Shown: positions 36,209 through 45,146 of the stretch, one piece after another
Position numbering within the stretch: position 1 is the first letter of the stretch
How the letters are laid out: each line of letters starts with the position of its first letter
Source of the DNA: Pseudomonadota bacterium
GTDB lineage: Bacteria; Chloroflexota; Ktedonobacteria; Ktedonobacterales; JADMIN01
Assembly (NCBI GenBank): GCA_021324535.1
Contig: JAJPIU010000106.1
Coordinates: forward strand, 3,961 to 67,960
Length of the DNA stretch: 64,000 bases
Direction: 5' to 3'
Position numbers and translations under genes: made by a program
The notes under the pieces: generated by a model
Told to the model about the DNA's origin: nothing
Databases searched by the model: none
What the model saw: only the letters and a program-made list of their open reading frames with translations

Positions 36209-37489
36209 TCAGGAGTGCTCTTGAGTATCTGCCTCGGTGGATAGTCTGCCTTCCAGCGGGATCACCACGCGAAAGCGTGTTCCTCGTTGGGGCGCGCTGG
36301 CAAGCGACGCCACGCCGCCAAGCAGCTTCGCGCGCTCGTTCAGGCCAATCAAGCCATAGCGCCCCGGCTCGACCTGCGACATCTCGAAACCCTGGCCGTT
36401 GTCGGTGATCGTCAGCGTGACGCGACGCTCTTCGCTGGCCAATCGTATGGTGATGCGCGTCGCGTTGGCGTGTTGCACGCTGTTGGCCACCGCCTCCTGC
36501 GCCATGCGATACAGCCCTACCTCGATGCGTGTCGGCAAAGGACGCGCGCCGCCCGTCACCCGTAGCTTGATGTCAACCCCGCTGCTGGCTGCCTTGTCAT
36601 GCGCCAGCGCACTGAGCGCCTGGGCCAGCGTGCGCCCTTCCAGTGGGGCGGCGCGCAAGTCGAGGACGGAACGGCGCGCTTCTTCGAGCGTGGCGCGTGT
36701 CAGGGTGAGCGCCTGATGGATGGCGCGGCGCGCCTGCGCCGTGCGTTGCGCGTCTGCTTCTACGGCGCTTGACTGGCTTGAGGCGTCAGAGGCGTCAGAG
36801 GCGTCAGAGGTGTCAGAGGTGTCAGGCAATTCGAGCGATTCGAGCAGCGCGTCGGCTGATTCGAGCTGCAAGGCGACACCAGCCATGCCCTGCGCCAGCG
36901 TATCGTGAATCTCGCGGGCCAGCCGGTTGCGTTCCTCTGTGGCTCCTGCCTCGGCGCTGCGCGCGAAGAGCCGCGCCCGTTCGATGGCCACGCCCAGCAT
37001 ATCGCCAATCGTATGCAACAGTCGCAGGTCATCAGGCGAGAGTTCGCGCCAGTCGGGGCTGGCGACGTTCATCACACCGAGCCGCTGCTCGTTGGCGTAG
37101 AGCGGAACGCTGGCGTGGTAGCGCAGCCCGTTCGCGCCGTCCACCAGCTTTTTCAGCCGCGAACAGGTGACGACGTTGACATTGGCCGCGCCCGCTAGGT
37201 CGCCCGCAACAAAGGTTTCCAGGCAGTAGCACCAGCCCTCCATGCGGTCGGGATGACGCGCCAGCGCAGGAGGCAAGTGGAGCGACGCTGCAAGGTATGG
37301 CTCGCCGTCATCTTCACGCAACAGCCAGACCCAGCCAGTGTGCATGCCAAATACCCTGGCGACCTGCGCAAGCGTTGTGCGCAGCGCCTCGCCAAGGTCG
37401 GTGACGCTGTTGAGCGTCGCGGCGATCTCGTTGAGGATCACCAGATCGCGCTGGCGACGCCGGTTGTTGGGCGATGGTGTCTCAGACAT
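36209..37489 (-). CDS. GAF-containing HisKA_3 (NarX/DegS-type) sensor histidine kinase, cytoplasmic
   Basis: Start re-set to MSETPSP (an alternative in-frame ATG lies at 37534). GAF: ARVFGMHTGWVWLL...LGVMNVASPD. H-box: ERNRLAREIHDTLAQGMAGV. HATPase: AVANSVQHANATRITI...DNGQGF...GLIGLNERAKLLGG. Confidence 0.85.
   Translation of the reverse strand: MSETPSPNNRRRQRDLVILNEIAATLNSVTDLGEALRTTLAQVARVFGMHTGWVWLLREDDGEPYLAASLHLPPALARHPDRMEGWCYCLETFVAGDLAGAANVNVVTCSRLKKLVDGANGLRYHASVPLYANEQRLGVMNVASPDWRELSPDDLRLLHTIGDMLGVAIERARLFARSAEAGATEERNRLAREIHDTLAQGMAGVALQLESADALLESLELPDTSDTSDASDASDASSQSSAVEADAQRTAQARRAIHQALTLTRATLEEARRSVLDLRAAPLEGRTLAQALSALAHDKAASSGVDIKLRVTGGARPLPTRIEVGLYRMAQEAVANSVQHANATRITIRLASEERRVTLTITDNGQGFEMSQVEPGRYGLIGLNERAKLLGGVASLASAPQRGTRFRVVIPLEGRLSTEADTQEHS
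36781..36825. repeat. In-frame 9-bp tandem repeat (aggcgtcag x3, aggtgtcag x2) inside the kinase gene
   Basis: It encodes PDTSDTSDASDASDAS in the loop between the two DHp helices. Confidence 0.85.
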
Positions 37490-37532
37490 GGCAAACGGTA
37501 TAATTTCTGTGATGAAGAAAGGAGTCTCTCTC

Positions 37533-38318
37533 ATGCAGTATACTCCATCCCCCACGACGTCTGCCGGAGACGCTTCTCTCGCGCGTCCACTTGTTCCCGC
37601 CGCAGAGAGGCCGACGAAAGCGCCCACTAATATGCGATTACGCCTCACCGCGCTCGATGGGGCAATACTGCTCTCGTTTGGCCTCTTGGTTGCTTGCGAT
37701 GCGACTGCGGCGGTGACGCACGCGGGCTGGTTTTCATCTATGTTGATCACGCTGGGGGAGTCATTGCTGCTAGCGGGGTATATGCTGCGGCGAGCGTGGC
37801 GTCCAATAGTGGGACGGCTGCTGCTCTTTGGTCTGATTGCCGGTATTCTGGAACTGGGAACCGACGCGGCTGGCGAGATTGTCGCCCACTCGCTGAGCTA
37901 TCCACCGAACGAGCCGATGCTCTGGCGTTCGCCGTTGTATATGCCGTTCTCGTGGATGATGGTGCTGACGCAGATCGGCTATCTGGCGTGGCGGCTCTGT
38001 GCCGCGCGTCCGCTTGGGCTTGGCTGGCCGCGCTGGGGCGCCATGCTGATACTCTTCGCATGGGGCGCGCTCAACATCCCGCTCTACGAAGAGTTCGCTT
38101 ATTATGCAGGTTGGTGGCGTTATACCGCGACGAGGCTGCATATCGGGCATACGCCACTGTACGTCTCCCTCTTCGAGGGATTGGTGGTCGCCGCGCTGCC
38201 GTTGCTGCTGGGCAGGCTTTCACAGCTTCGCTGGTGTGGGGTGGCCTGGCGCGCAGTTGCGCTTGGCCTGTGGATACCCTGGGCGGCGCTCTTCGCGTGG
38301 CTGCTCGTCGGGCGCTAG
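37533..38318 (+). CDS. Polytopic membrane protein, hypothetical
   Basis: AAAGGAG lies 8 nt before ATG 37533. It is 261 aa with 6-7 hydrophobic helices (LLLFGLIAGILELGTDAAG..., MPFSWMMVLTQIGYLAW..., LYVSLFEGLVVAALPLLLG). Confidence 0.6.
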   Translation: MQYTPSPTTSAGDASLARPLVPAAERPTKAPTNMRLRLTALDGAILLSFGLLVACDATAAVTHAGWFSSMLITLGESLLLAGYMLRRAWRPIVGRLLLFGLIAGILELGTDAAGEIVAHSLSYPPNEPMLWRSPLYMPFSWMMVLTQIGYLAWRLCAARPLGLGWPRWGAMLILFAWGALNIPLYEEFAYYAGWWRYTATRLHIGHTPLYVSLFEGLVVAALPLLLGRLSQLRWCGVAWRAVALGLWIPWAALFAWLLVGR

Positions 38319-38393
38319 CCAAGTACCGACAATATAAACGTTGAGATGTGAATGCGATGTGTTGACGTGTTCTAGAAGGCGGCGGAGGCATAA

Positions 38394-40118
38394 GTGACCA
38401 AGAGCGAGAGCGAGGCCAGCGCCAAGCTGGCGCATAAGCGCACCCCTGAGGAAATCTCAGAGATTATGCGGCGCGTGCAGAGCAGCGATACCGCTCCTGA
38501 GGCGCGGCTGCGCGCGGCGCTGGCGGACTGCGGGCTGACTTCACCTGATCCTACCGCTAGCGCAACGCTCTCCGGCAAGCCCGATCTTGTGTTTGCTGAG
38601 GCGCGGCTGGCTGTCTTTGTGGATGGCGACCTCTGGCACGGCAATCAGTGGTGGCGGCGTGGTCTGACCTCGCTCGAAGAACAGTTCCGCGAGACGCCCT
38701 CGAAGGCGTATTGGCTGCGCAAGATCAGGCGCAATATGCAGCGCGACAGCGCCGCCACCGCCGCGCTGCTCGATGACGGTTGGGCGGTGTTGCGCCTGTG
38801 GGAGAGCCAGATCAACGTCGACCTTGCGGGCTGCGTCGCCCTGATCGCCAGCGCGCTCGCATCCACTGGCAAGCGCCAACCCCCAACTGCGACGATCAAC
38901 GAGCGCGGCGCAGAGTATGACGTTGCGCGTGTTGCATCTTCGGCTGACGAGGCGCGGGCGCGGCTGGCGCGCAAGACATGCGCCGAGTTTTTCGCAGGCA
39001 TTGGGTTGATGCGCATGGGGCTTGAGCGCGACGGCTGGTCGGTCGCCTTCGCCAACGATTACGATGAACGCAAGGCGGCGATATATCGCGGCCACTTTGG
39101 GGCGGATGATCGCTTCCATCTGGGCGACATCCATGCTTTGTCGGTTACAGACATCCCCAATGTGACGCTGGCGACCGCCTCGTTTCCCTGCAACGACCTC
39201 TCGCTGGCGGGCGCGCGTCAGGGTTTGGCGGGCAAACAGTCGTCAGCGTTCTGGGGCTTCACACGCATCCTCACCGAGCTTGGCGCGCGCAAGCCGCCGC
39301 TGATCCTGCTCGAAAACGTCGTCGGCTTCCTCACCTCGCATGGCGGCGAAGATTTGACCCAGGCGTTGCGCACGCTAAACAATCTTGGCTACGCAATGGA
39401 TATGTTCCAGCTCGACGCCGCCCACTTCACCCCGCAGAGCCGCCAGCGCCTCTTCCTGCTTGGCATGCGCGCCGATCTGCTGACGCCAGCCGAAACCGAT
39501 CAAACGGATGTCGCGTCCTTCGCCTGCGATGCGCGCCCGCCTGCTGTACTGGCCGCCATCGGGCGTCGCCCGGATATTCTCTGGCGTCTGCGCCGCTTAC
39601 CTCCATTACCCACCCTTGCGCAACGCCTGCCCGACATCCTCGATGACTTGCCGGAGGATGCGCCGGAGTGGTGGAGCACGGCGCGCACGCAACGCCTGCT
39701 CGACCAGATGAGTCCACGCCACCGCGCGCTGGCCGAGCGGCTGATGGCTGGCGAGACATGGAGCTATGGCACAATCTTCCGCCGCACACGCAACGGCACG
39801 CCGATGGCGGAGCTACGCGCGGATGGCATCGCAGGTTGCCTGCGCACACCACGCGGGGGCAGCGCACGTCAGATTCTCTTCAAGGCAGGCTACGGTCAGG
39901 CGCGAGCGCGGCTGCTCACCGGACGCGAGGCGGCGCGGCTGATGGGCGCCGATGACTATACCCTTCCTAAGACGCTCTCGCTGAACGACGTGCTGTTTGG
40001 CTTTGGCGACGCCGTATGTGTGCCTGCCACCGCCTGGATCGCGACGTACTATCTCAACCCACTGGTCAACGAGTTGCTGCGGGGGCATGTGTTGCAGGCG
40101 CCAGCTATGCGCGTGTAG
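38394..40118 (+). CDS. Fusion protein: Vsr-like very-short-patch-repair endonuclease domain plus DNA (cytosine-5) methyltransferase
   Basis: 574 aa with a GTG start 5 nt after GGAGGC. Vsr part: ISEIMRRVQSSDTAPEARLRAAL...KPDLVFAEARLAVFVDGDLWHG...YWLRKIRRNMQRD...GWAVLRLWESQI. C5-MTase part: EFFAGIGLMRMG (motif I), SFPCNDLSLAG (motif IV), LLENVVGF (motif VI), FGDAVCVP (motif X). Confidence 0.85.
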   Translation: MTKSESEASAKLAHKRTPEEISEIMRRVQSSDTAPEARLRAALADCGLTSPDPTASATLSGKPDLVFAEARLAVFVDGDLWHGNQWWRRGLTSLEEQFRETPSKAYWLRKIRRNMQRDSAATAALLDDGWAVLRLWESQINVDLAGCVALIASALASTGKRQPPTATINERGAEYDVARVASSADEARARLARKTCAEFFAGIGLMRMGLERDGWSVAFANDYDERKAAIYRGHFGADDRFHLGDIHALSVTDIPNVTLATASFPCNDLSLAGARQGLAGKQSSAFWGFTRILTELGARKPPLILLENVVGFLTSHGGEDLTQALRTLNNLGYAMDMFQLDAAHFTPQSRQRLFLLGMRADLLTPAETDQTDVASFACDARPPAVLAAIGRRPDILWRLRRLPPLPTLAQRLPDILDDLPEDAPEWWSTARTQRLLDQMSPRHRALAERLMAGETWSYGTIFRRTRNGTPMAELRADGIAGCLRTPRGGSARQILFKAGYGQARARLLTGREAARLMGADDYTLPKTLSLNDVLFGFGDAVCVPATAWIATYYLNPLVNELLRGHVLQAPAMRV

Positions 40119-41337
40119 CTTGCACGCAGAGCATGGGGATCGTCATCGTCAGGTCGCCGCCCTGCGCCTGGGCGCGTGTGGCAAGCCGCCGCTCCACCTC
40201 GTTGAAAACCAGCCGCCGGATGGTGAGGTCAGGGATGATGTCGCGCCAGCGCATCAGGCCAGCGTACAGGATCACTGGTGAGGAGAGGAAAGCGCGCGGC
40301 GTGGGGAAATGCAGTGTAAAGTTTTCCACCACGAAGCGGCGCGCCTCAAAGCCTGCCGTCTCAAGCAGCCGCCGCACGTCATCCTTGGTGGGCTGTTTGG
40401 CGATCATCTCGCTGAACACGCGCTGGTAGTTACTGAGTTTGAGGTCACGCAGTGTCAGGTAGTAGGTATCGAGAAACTCGCGCATGGCCGATTGCAGCGG
40501 CGTCGTCAGCAGGGCATTTCCACCAGGACGCAGCAACCGCCATATGCCATCCAACGCCGCAGCCGGATCGTCAAAACTGGATAGGCCAAGATTACAGGTG
40601 ATGGCGTCGAGCGTGCCCTCTGGTAGGCCGCTGTCGGCGACATCCGCCGTGAGGAAGGTGACGTTACGCAGCCACTCGTCGGCGGCTTTGCGCCGCGCCA
40701 GCAGGATCGCCTCCTCCCAGATGTCAATCCCGCCGAGATCGCAGTCCTGCCCCAGGTAGCGCGCAAGCTCCAATGTGGGATAGCCGCAGCCACAGGCGAC
40801 ATCCAGCGCCATCCATCCTCGGTCGCGCTGGAGGGTGAGAAACAGGCTGAGGAGCAGCCTGCCAAACGGCGCCGACCACTGTGGGGCAATCACTGCGTCA
40901 TAGAACTCAGCAAATCCCGGCTCGTTTTGATCGTAGCTGACGGTGAGGTAATCGGTGGTTTCGGCGCGCGCGCTGATCGCCAGCGCCGCCGGACTCAGTT
41001 GTGGCGCGCCGGGACGGCGCGCCAGAGAGGGCAGAGGCAGATCGAGCGCGGCGTCGCGCGCGGCCTCAGTTGTGCGAGGCGCCAACCGCGAGAGCACCTG
41101 ATCGCCAAGTGGCGGAAGCGCAGGCATATAGCCGGTGTAGCCCTGGCGCGCCTGCGAGGGATCCCACACGTTGCTATCCTCGCCAGCGTTTCCCACATTG
41201 CCGCTCGTGTTCCCTGCGCCAGGGCGACTGAATCCGTAGGGGAGTCCACTTTGCTGCCCCTGCTCGTTCCCGCTCCCCTGGCCGCCGGATTGCCCAAACG
41301 GGTCACGCGGAGAGAACGGATCGTCGAAGCCGCGCAT
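40105..41337 (-). CDS. Class I SAM-dependent methyltransferase with a Gly/Gln/Asn-rich disordered N-terminus
   Basis: 410 aa. Motif I: ALDVACGCGYPTLELA. Motif post-II/III: LLRPGGNALLTTP. Its 3' end overlaps the convergent Vsr-Dcm gene by 14 nt. Confidence 0.75.
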   Translation of the reverse strand: MRGFDDPFSPRDPFGQSGGQGSGNEQGQQSGLPYGFSRPGAGNTSGNVGNAGEDSNVWDPSQARQGYTGYMPALPPLGDQVLSRLAPRTTEAARDAALDLPLPSLARRPGAPQLSPAALAISARAETTDYLTVSYDQNEPGFAEFYDAVIAPQWSAPFGRLLLSLFLTLQRDRGWMALDVACGCGYPTLELARYLGQDCDLGGIDIWEEAILLARRKAADEWLRNVTFLTADVADSGLPEGTLDAITCNLGLSSFDDPAAALDGIWRLLRPGGNALLTTPLQSAMREFLDTYYLTLRDLKLSNYQRVFSEMIAKQPTKDDVRRLLETAGFEARRFVVENFTLHFPTPRAFLSSPVILYAGLMRWRDIIPDLTIRRLVFNEVERRLATRAQAQGGDLTMTIPMLCVQATRA

Positions 41338-41363
41338 ACGTCCCCTCCTTACCTACCCCCCTG

Positions 41364-41389
41364 CCCCCTTCCCAGTGATGGGAAGGGGG
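41364..41389. terminator. GC-rich hairpin CCCCCTTCCCA-GTGA-TGGGAAGGGGG
   Basis: A perfect 11-bp stem lies in the gap between two minus-strand genes. Confidence 0.5.
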
Positions 41390-41417
41390 TATGTTGTACG
41401 CCTTGCAAAGCCTTGTT

Positions 41418-41440
41418 CCCCTCCCCGTTCGGGGGAGGGG
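41418..41440. terminator. GC-rich hairpin CCCCTCCCC-GTTCG-GGGGAGGGG
   Basis: A perfect 9-bp stem lies 13 nt downstream of the stop of the 41453..42730 gene. Confidence 0.5.
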
Positions 41441-41452
41441 TAAGGGGTGAGG

Positions 41453-42730
41453 TCAGTCCGCCCCCTCTTCCCGCCACGCCGCAGGCGGAACAAGCGCGCC
41501 GGTTGGCGAAGCCGCAGGTGTTGTGTTCGGATTTGGCGTGTTTGCAGGCGGCGCGGTCGGCGTCACATTCTGTGGATAGACGCCGAAGTAGATGGTCTGC
41601 GCCAGATGCGGATCGGTGGGCGATGTGCTTTGATCGTTTGGGCTATCCCAGTAGACACGCGCAGCGCCTTCGCCCGCCTGTGGGTAGGAGATGTGATCTT
41701 TTACCACGCTCCCTGGTGGCCCAAACGCTTGCCGCTCTGTAGAGCCTTGCTTGACTCCAGCATCAATCCCGTTGATGAACCACTGGATGGACACCGTGTG
41801 AATAGCATTATCCGAGGCCAGCACACGAACTGTGAGATAGATCGTCTGACCAACGGTAAAATGCGAGGTAGGATCGGTGGGATTGCCCGCCGCGTCAAGG
41901 CCAGTCGAAGTCATGGCCGACTTGATGTAGGTCGCGGCAGGCCCAGCCGTGGCTACTGGCGTGACGGGCACATGGGAATAATTGTAGACTGGTGGAGTAA
42001 CTACCGTCTTGATCGGGCCAAAGAACAACTTGGTGATCTGCTTCTGGCCGACGAAGCCCGCGACGCCACAACTGGCCACACAGACCAATATCACCGAGAG
42101 CACGCCGCTGACTACTCGCCACGAACTGACCTTGCGCTTGCGCTTTTCGTCGGTCGCAGGGATATAGACCGGGCGACGAATGCCAAGCGCGCGCTCCTCT
42201 TCCTCCGTTAGCGGCATGCCTGGCAGCGCCGCGTTCATCGAAGGATCGAGCGGTAGCATATCGTTCTGCCGGGGAGCCAGCGCGCGCTCCGCGCCAATCT
42301 CCTGGTAGTCACCATCGCCATTGCCGGGCGAGCTTGGCATGGATCGGCGATTGCGTGCGCCGGAGTTCCCTGGGCTGGAGTTGCGCGGATTGGAGCGCGA
42401 CGGCGGGGGCACGGTGTAGGCGTCCTCCTCGTCATCCCAGCTATTGTTGCGCCGCCAGTTCGCGCCGGAGTTTCCCCCGCCCATACCTCGCCCTGGCATG
42501 CTACGGTTGCGCGCGCCAGAGTTCCCCGGCGAAGAGGTTCCCCAGTTTGCGCCGGAGTTCCCTGCGCCCGACCGCCGTGCGCCGCTGGCCCCTTGGCCTG
42601 ATGGATTCGACGCCGAGCGGTTTGGCCCCTTCCACTGCTGCGCGGCATATCTATCGGGAGGAGGAGCGCCACACTCCGGGCATGGCCCCGTGCGTGGGCG
42701 GCGCGCCCCGCATTCATCGCATGTGATCAC
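41453..42730 (-). CDS. Zinc-ribbon protein with a low-complexity linker, one TM helix and an extracytoplasmic domain
   Basis: 425 aa. MITCDECGARRPRTGPCPECG carries two CxxC pairs. Repeated GNSGANW / SPGNSGARNRSMP units follow. The TM helix is WRVVSGVLSVILVCVASCGVAGFVG. Confidence 0.6.
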   Translation of the reverse strand: MITCDECGARRPRTGPCPECGAPPPDRYAAQQWKGPNRSASNPSGQGASGARRSGAGNSGANWGTSSPGNSGARNRSMPGRGMGGGNSGANWRRNNSWDDEEDAYTVPPPSRSNPRNSSPGNSGARNRRSMPSSPGNGDGDYQEIGAERALAPRQNDMLPLDPSMNAALPGMPLTEEEERALGIRRPVYIPATDEKRKRKVSSWRVVSGVLSVILVCVASCGVAGFVGQKQITKLFFGPIKTVVTPPVYNYSHVPVTPVATAGPAATYIKSAMTSTGLDAAGNPTDPTSHFTVGQTIYLTVRVLASDNAIHTVSIQWFINGIDAGVKQGSTERQAFGPPGSVVKDHISYPQAGEGAARVYWDSPNDQSTSPTDPHLAQTIYFGVYPQNVTPTAPPANTPNPNTTPAASPTGALVPPAAWREEGAD

Positions 42731-43109
42731 GGCATAAACCTCCAGGTCTTCTTTGCTTCACCAGAACAAACATACCCCTCAATGCGGGTATGGTCAAGAA
42801 AATGCTGACAAAATAGCTACTCTATCCCGCCATCACCCGTAACTGCTATGTTGTTGCTGCTTCGTAGCCTGGTTCTTGTAAGATCGTTTGAGCAGATATG
42901 AAGGTGTGGCATGGCTCCAGAATATGCGCTACAATCTGATGCTGTCCTTGCACAGGGCAACCGAACACAAAACAACCAAGTGGCATCCAGACAAAACGCG
43001 CTGACGCACATGAACAACTGCCCAAGGAGACGGCGCAAAGAATAGCCTGGGAGGCGCACTACCATACATTGGCATGTGGTGTGGCAGTAGTGGGGAAAGA
43101 AGACTGGCT

Positions 43110-43352
43110 ATGGGCGAAAACACTTGGCTGGAGCAACAAGCCATCGAGCGGCTTGCCCAGCATATTCCATTTGAAACCGATCCGCGCACCAAAGCCGAGT
43201 TGATCGAGATGCTCCGGGGCCTGGTGCTACGGGTGGGACGGCAGGTAGATCGTGCGGCGTTTGGCTTCGAGGCCAGCCTTGAACTCAAACGCCTGGGTCT
43301 GTGGGATCGCCTGGGCGGCGAGACTAACGCCCCTCCATGGGACGCCAGATAG
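43110..43352 (+). CDS. Hypothetical small protein (80 aa)
   Basis: MGENTWLEQQAIERLAQHIPFETDPRTKAELIEMLRGL... I recognise no family, and the support is weak. Confidence 0.3.
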   Translation: MGENTWLEQQAIERLAQHIPFETDPRTKAELIEMLRGLVLRVGRQVDRAAFGFEASLELKRLGLWDRLGGETNAPPWDAR

Positions 43353-43374
43353 CCAGATAGATCGTGCGGCGAGA

Positions 43375-43830
43375 CTAACGACCTTCCACCTGCAGAATCG
43401 CCTGCTCCGGCGAGATCGAGGCGTAGACCAGGCTGGCGAAGCCCGGATAGTAGCGATCCGCTGTCGAAAGGTTGGTGTACACCAGTTGCTTGATCAAAGC
43501 AGAGGTCAGTTGCGCCCCCTCGACATCAATGCTGGTTTTGTAGCGTACCTCGCCGTCGCTCATATCAAGCTCAAGGTTGCCGATCACCAAACCATAATTG
43601 GCGCGCGTGACATACTCTGCCGCAAGGAAACGTTTTTCAATTGGCGCCTTTACCGGATAGACCGAATAGAAAAGAAACTGCTCCTGCTCTTCGCGCGCCT
43701 TCGCGTAGCACACAAAGTTGGCGTTTTTGCCGGTCACGCTCATCAACAGCGAGGGCTGGCCTTCGAGCGGCATGAATTTCCAGTTATCTTCACGGAAGAA
43801 CGACACCATCGCGTCATAAATCCGTCCCAT
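43375..43830 (-). CDS. YbjN-domain protein (putative sensory/chaperone-like)
   Basis: 151 aa. MGRIYDAMVSFFREDNWKF...SLLMSVTGKNANFVCYAKAREEQEQFLFYSVYP...NYGLVIGNLELDMSDGEVRYKTS matches the YbjN/T3SS-chaperone-like pattern. Confidence 0.7.
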   Translation of the reverse strand: MGRIYDAMVSFFREDNWKFMPLEGQPSLLMSVTGKNANFVCYAKAREEQEQFLFYSVYPVKAPIEKRFLAAEYVTRANYGLVIGNLELDMSDGEVRYKTSIDVEGAQLTSALIKQLVYTNLSTADRYYPGFASLVYASISPEQAILQVEGR

Positions 43831-44162
43831 GAGCTACCTCACAACCTTAAACAACGTACATGGGCGCGATTCCGCGATCCCACCGGTTAGTGTAGTGTAG
43901 CACATTGCCCCTCTCTCACGCTGCACGGTCAGGCGCCTATCCGAATCAAGTTCCATCAGGCGAACTATGCAATAAAGCGTGAGGCATTTTCCAGAATGCG
44001 AAAATTGGCCCGCGTCATGCTATTTACCATTGGCGGAAGATAAGTTTCTTCCAGGTGGGCGATGTGAGTTCTGGGTTCACCCATCGGGCCGATGGGCAGA
44101 CAGATCGGTACGTCTGCCAGCATGGCGATGATCACATTCGACCGCTCGTTAAGGAGGATAGC

Positions 44163-44594
44163 ATGCTCGCACAACGAAGTACGCATTACTGGCTGTGGTT
44201 CATTCTGTTTGGTGTCATCTCGGCGCTGGTCAACTTCTTCAACCACACGGCTCCAACCTACGAAACGTGGTGGCTGCTTGTCACTGGTCTGATTGGTGTG
44301 GTGCTGGGTATTGGGTTGTTTTCCTCCATCGCTCGTCCATATGACATCATCATTGGCATTCTGTTCACCGGTGTGGGACTGTTGGGCGTTCTGCACAATT
44401 TTGATGTCAATATTGTGACAAGCAACCCAACAGTTGCAGGCCATGTTGACAGTACGAATATCCTGGGGTTGAGCTTTGCCCTCCCCTATGCGCTGATTCA
44501 CACGCTGCTGGGATTGACTTCGCTCAATACCGGTCTGAACCGGCGCGCTTCGGCCTCGCCCTCGGTGGTGGTTGAGCCACGCGCCGCCGCGTAA
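44163..44594 (+). CDS. Small 4-TM membrane protein (DUF4383-like, tentative)
   Basis: AAGGAGG lies 6 nt before ATG 44163. It is 143 aa. The upstream part of the track ORF is non-coding-like. Confidence 0.55.
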   Translation: MLAQRSTHYWLWFILFGVISALVNFFNHTAPTYETWWLLVTGLIGVVLGIGLFSSIARPYDIIIGILFTGVGLLGVLHNFDVNIVTSNPTVAGHVDSTNILGLSFALPYALIHTLLGLTSLNTGLNRRASASPSVVVEPRAAA

Positions 44595-44741
44595 CCTCAC
44601 CTACCCACGTTGCCAACGAAGTAGCACGAAACATCTAGAACTCTCAGGCGCTCCCATCACACAGGAGCGCCTACTTTCTTTGTCCGATTTGGCGCCGGAT
44701 GTGCTAGTGGCGTAGGGATAGTTCTGGAAAGGAACCGTGCT

Positions 44742-45146
44742 ATGGCGCATGTGTTAGTGGTAGATGACGACGCCGCGATCCGCGAGACATTGCGTCTGCT
44801 GCTCGAAACAGGTGGCTATACCGTCAGCGAAAGCGCGGATGGGTTGGCCGGGCTGGCGGCCCTCCGTGTAACATCCACCCCGACGGTGGCGATCATTGAC
44901 CTGATGATGCCGCGCATGGATGGCCCTGCCTTGCTGCGGGTCATTGCCGGCGATCCCATCCTGCGGACACGCCATGCGTATATCCTGCTGACAGCCAATA
45001 CCGCACTGATACTCCCTACGATAGAAAGTCTTCCCCAAGATTTCGCACAGTCGCTGACGCTGCTGCATAAGCCCTATGAGAGCGATCTCTTGCTGCTAAT
45101 TGTGGATCAGGTGGCGCAGAAGCTGACGGAGCATGTGTCGCCTTAA
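44742..45146 (+). CDS. Single-domain response regulator (CheY-like)
   Basis: 134 aa. VLVVDDDAAIRETL...VAIIDLMMPRMDG...ILLTAN...LLHKPY. Confidence 0.85.
   Translation: MAHVLVVDDDAAIRETLRLLLETGGYTVSESADGLAGLAALRVTSTPTVAIIDLMMPRMDGPALLRVIAGDPILRTRHAYILLTANTALILPTIESLPQDFAQSLTLLHKPYESDLLLLIVDQVAQKLTEHVSP

Noticed and set aside
37489-37750. N-terminal 87 codons of track ORF 36209..37750 (and similar extensions at 3399, 20388, 35433, 46894, 44055, 51198, 53206)
   Set aside because: The extensions run through divergent promoter regions or neighbouring genes, lack SD motifs, and precede family-typical N-termini that do have good SD motifs. The starts were re-set accordingly, and the uncertainty is noted per feature.
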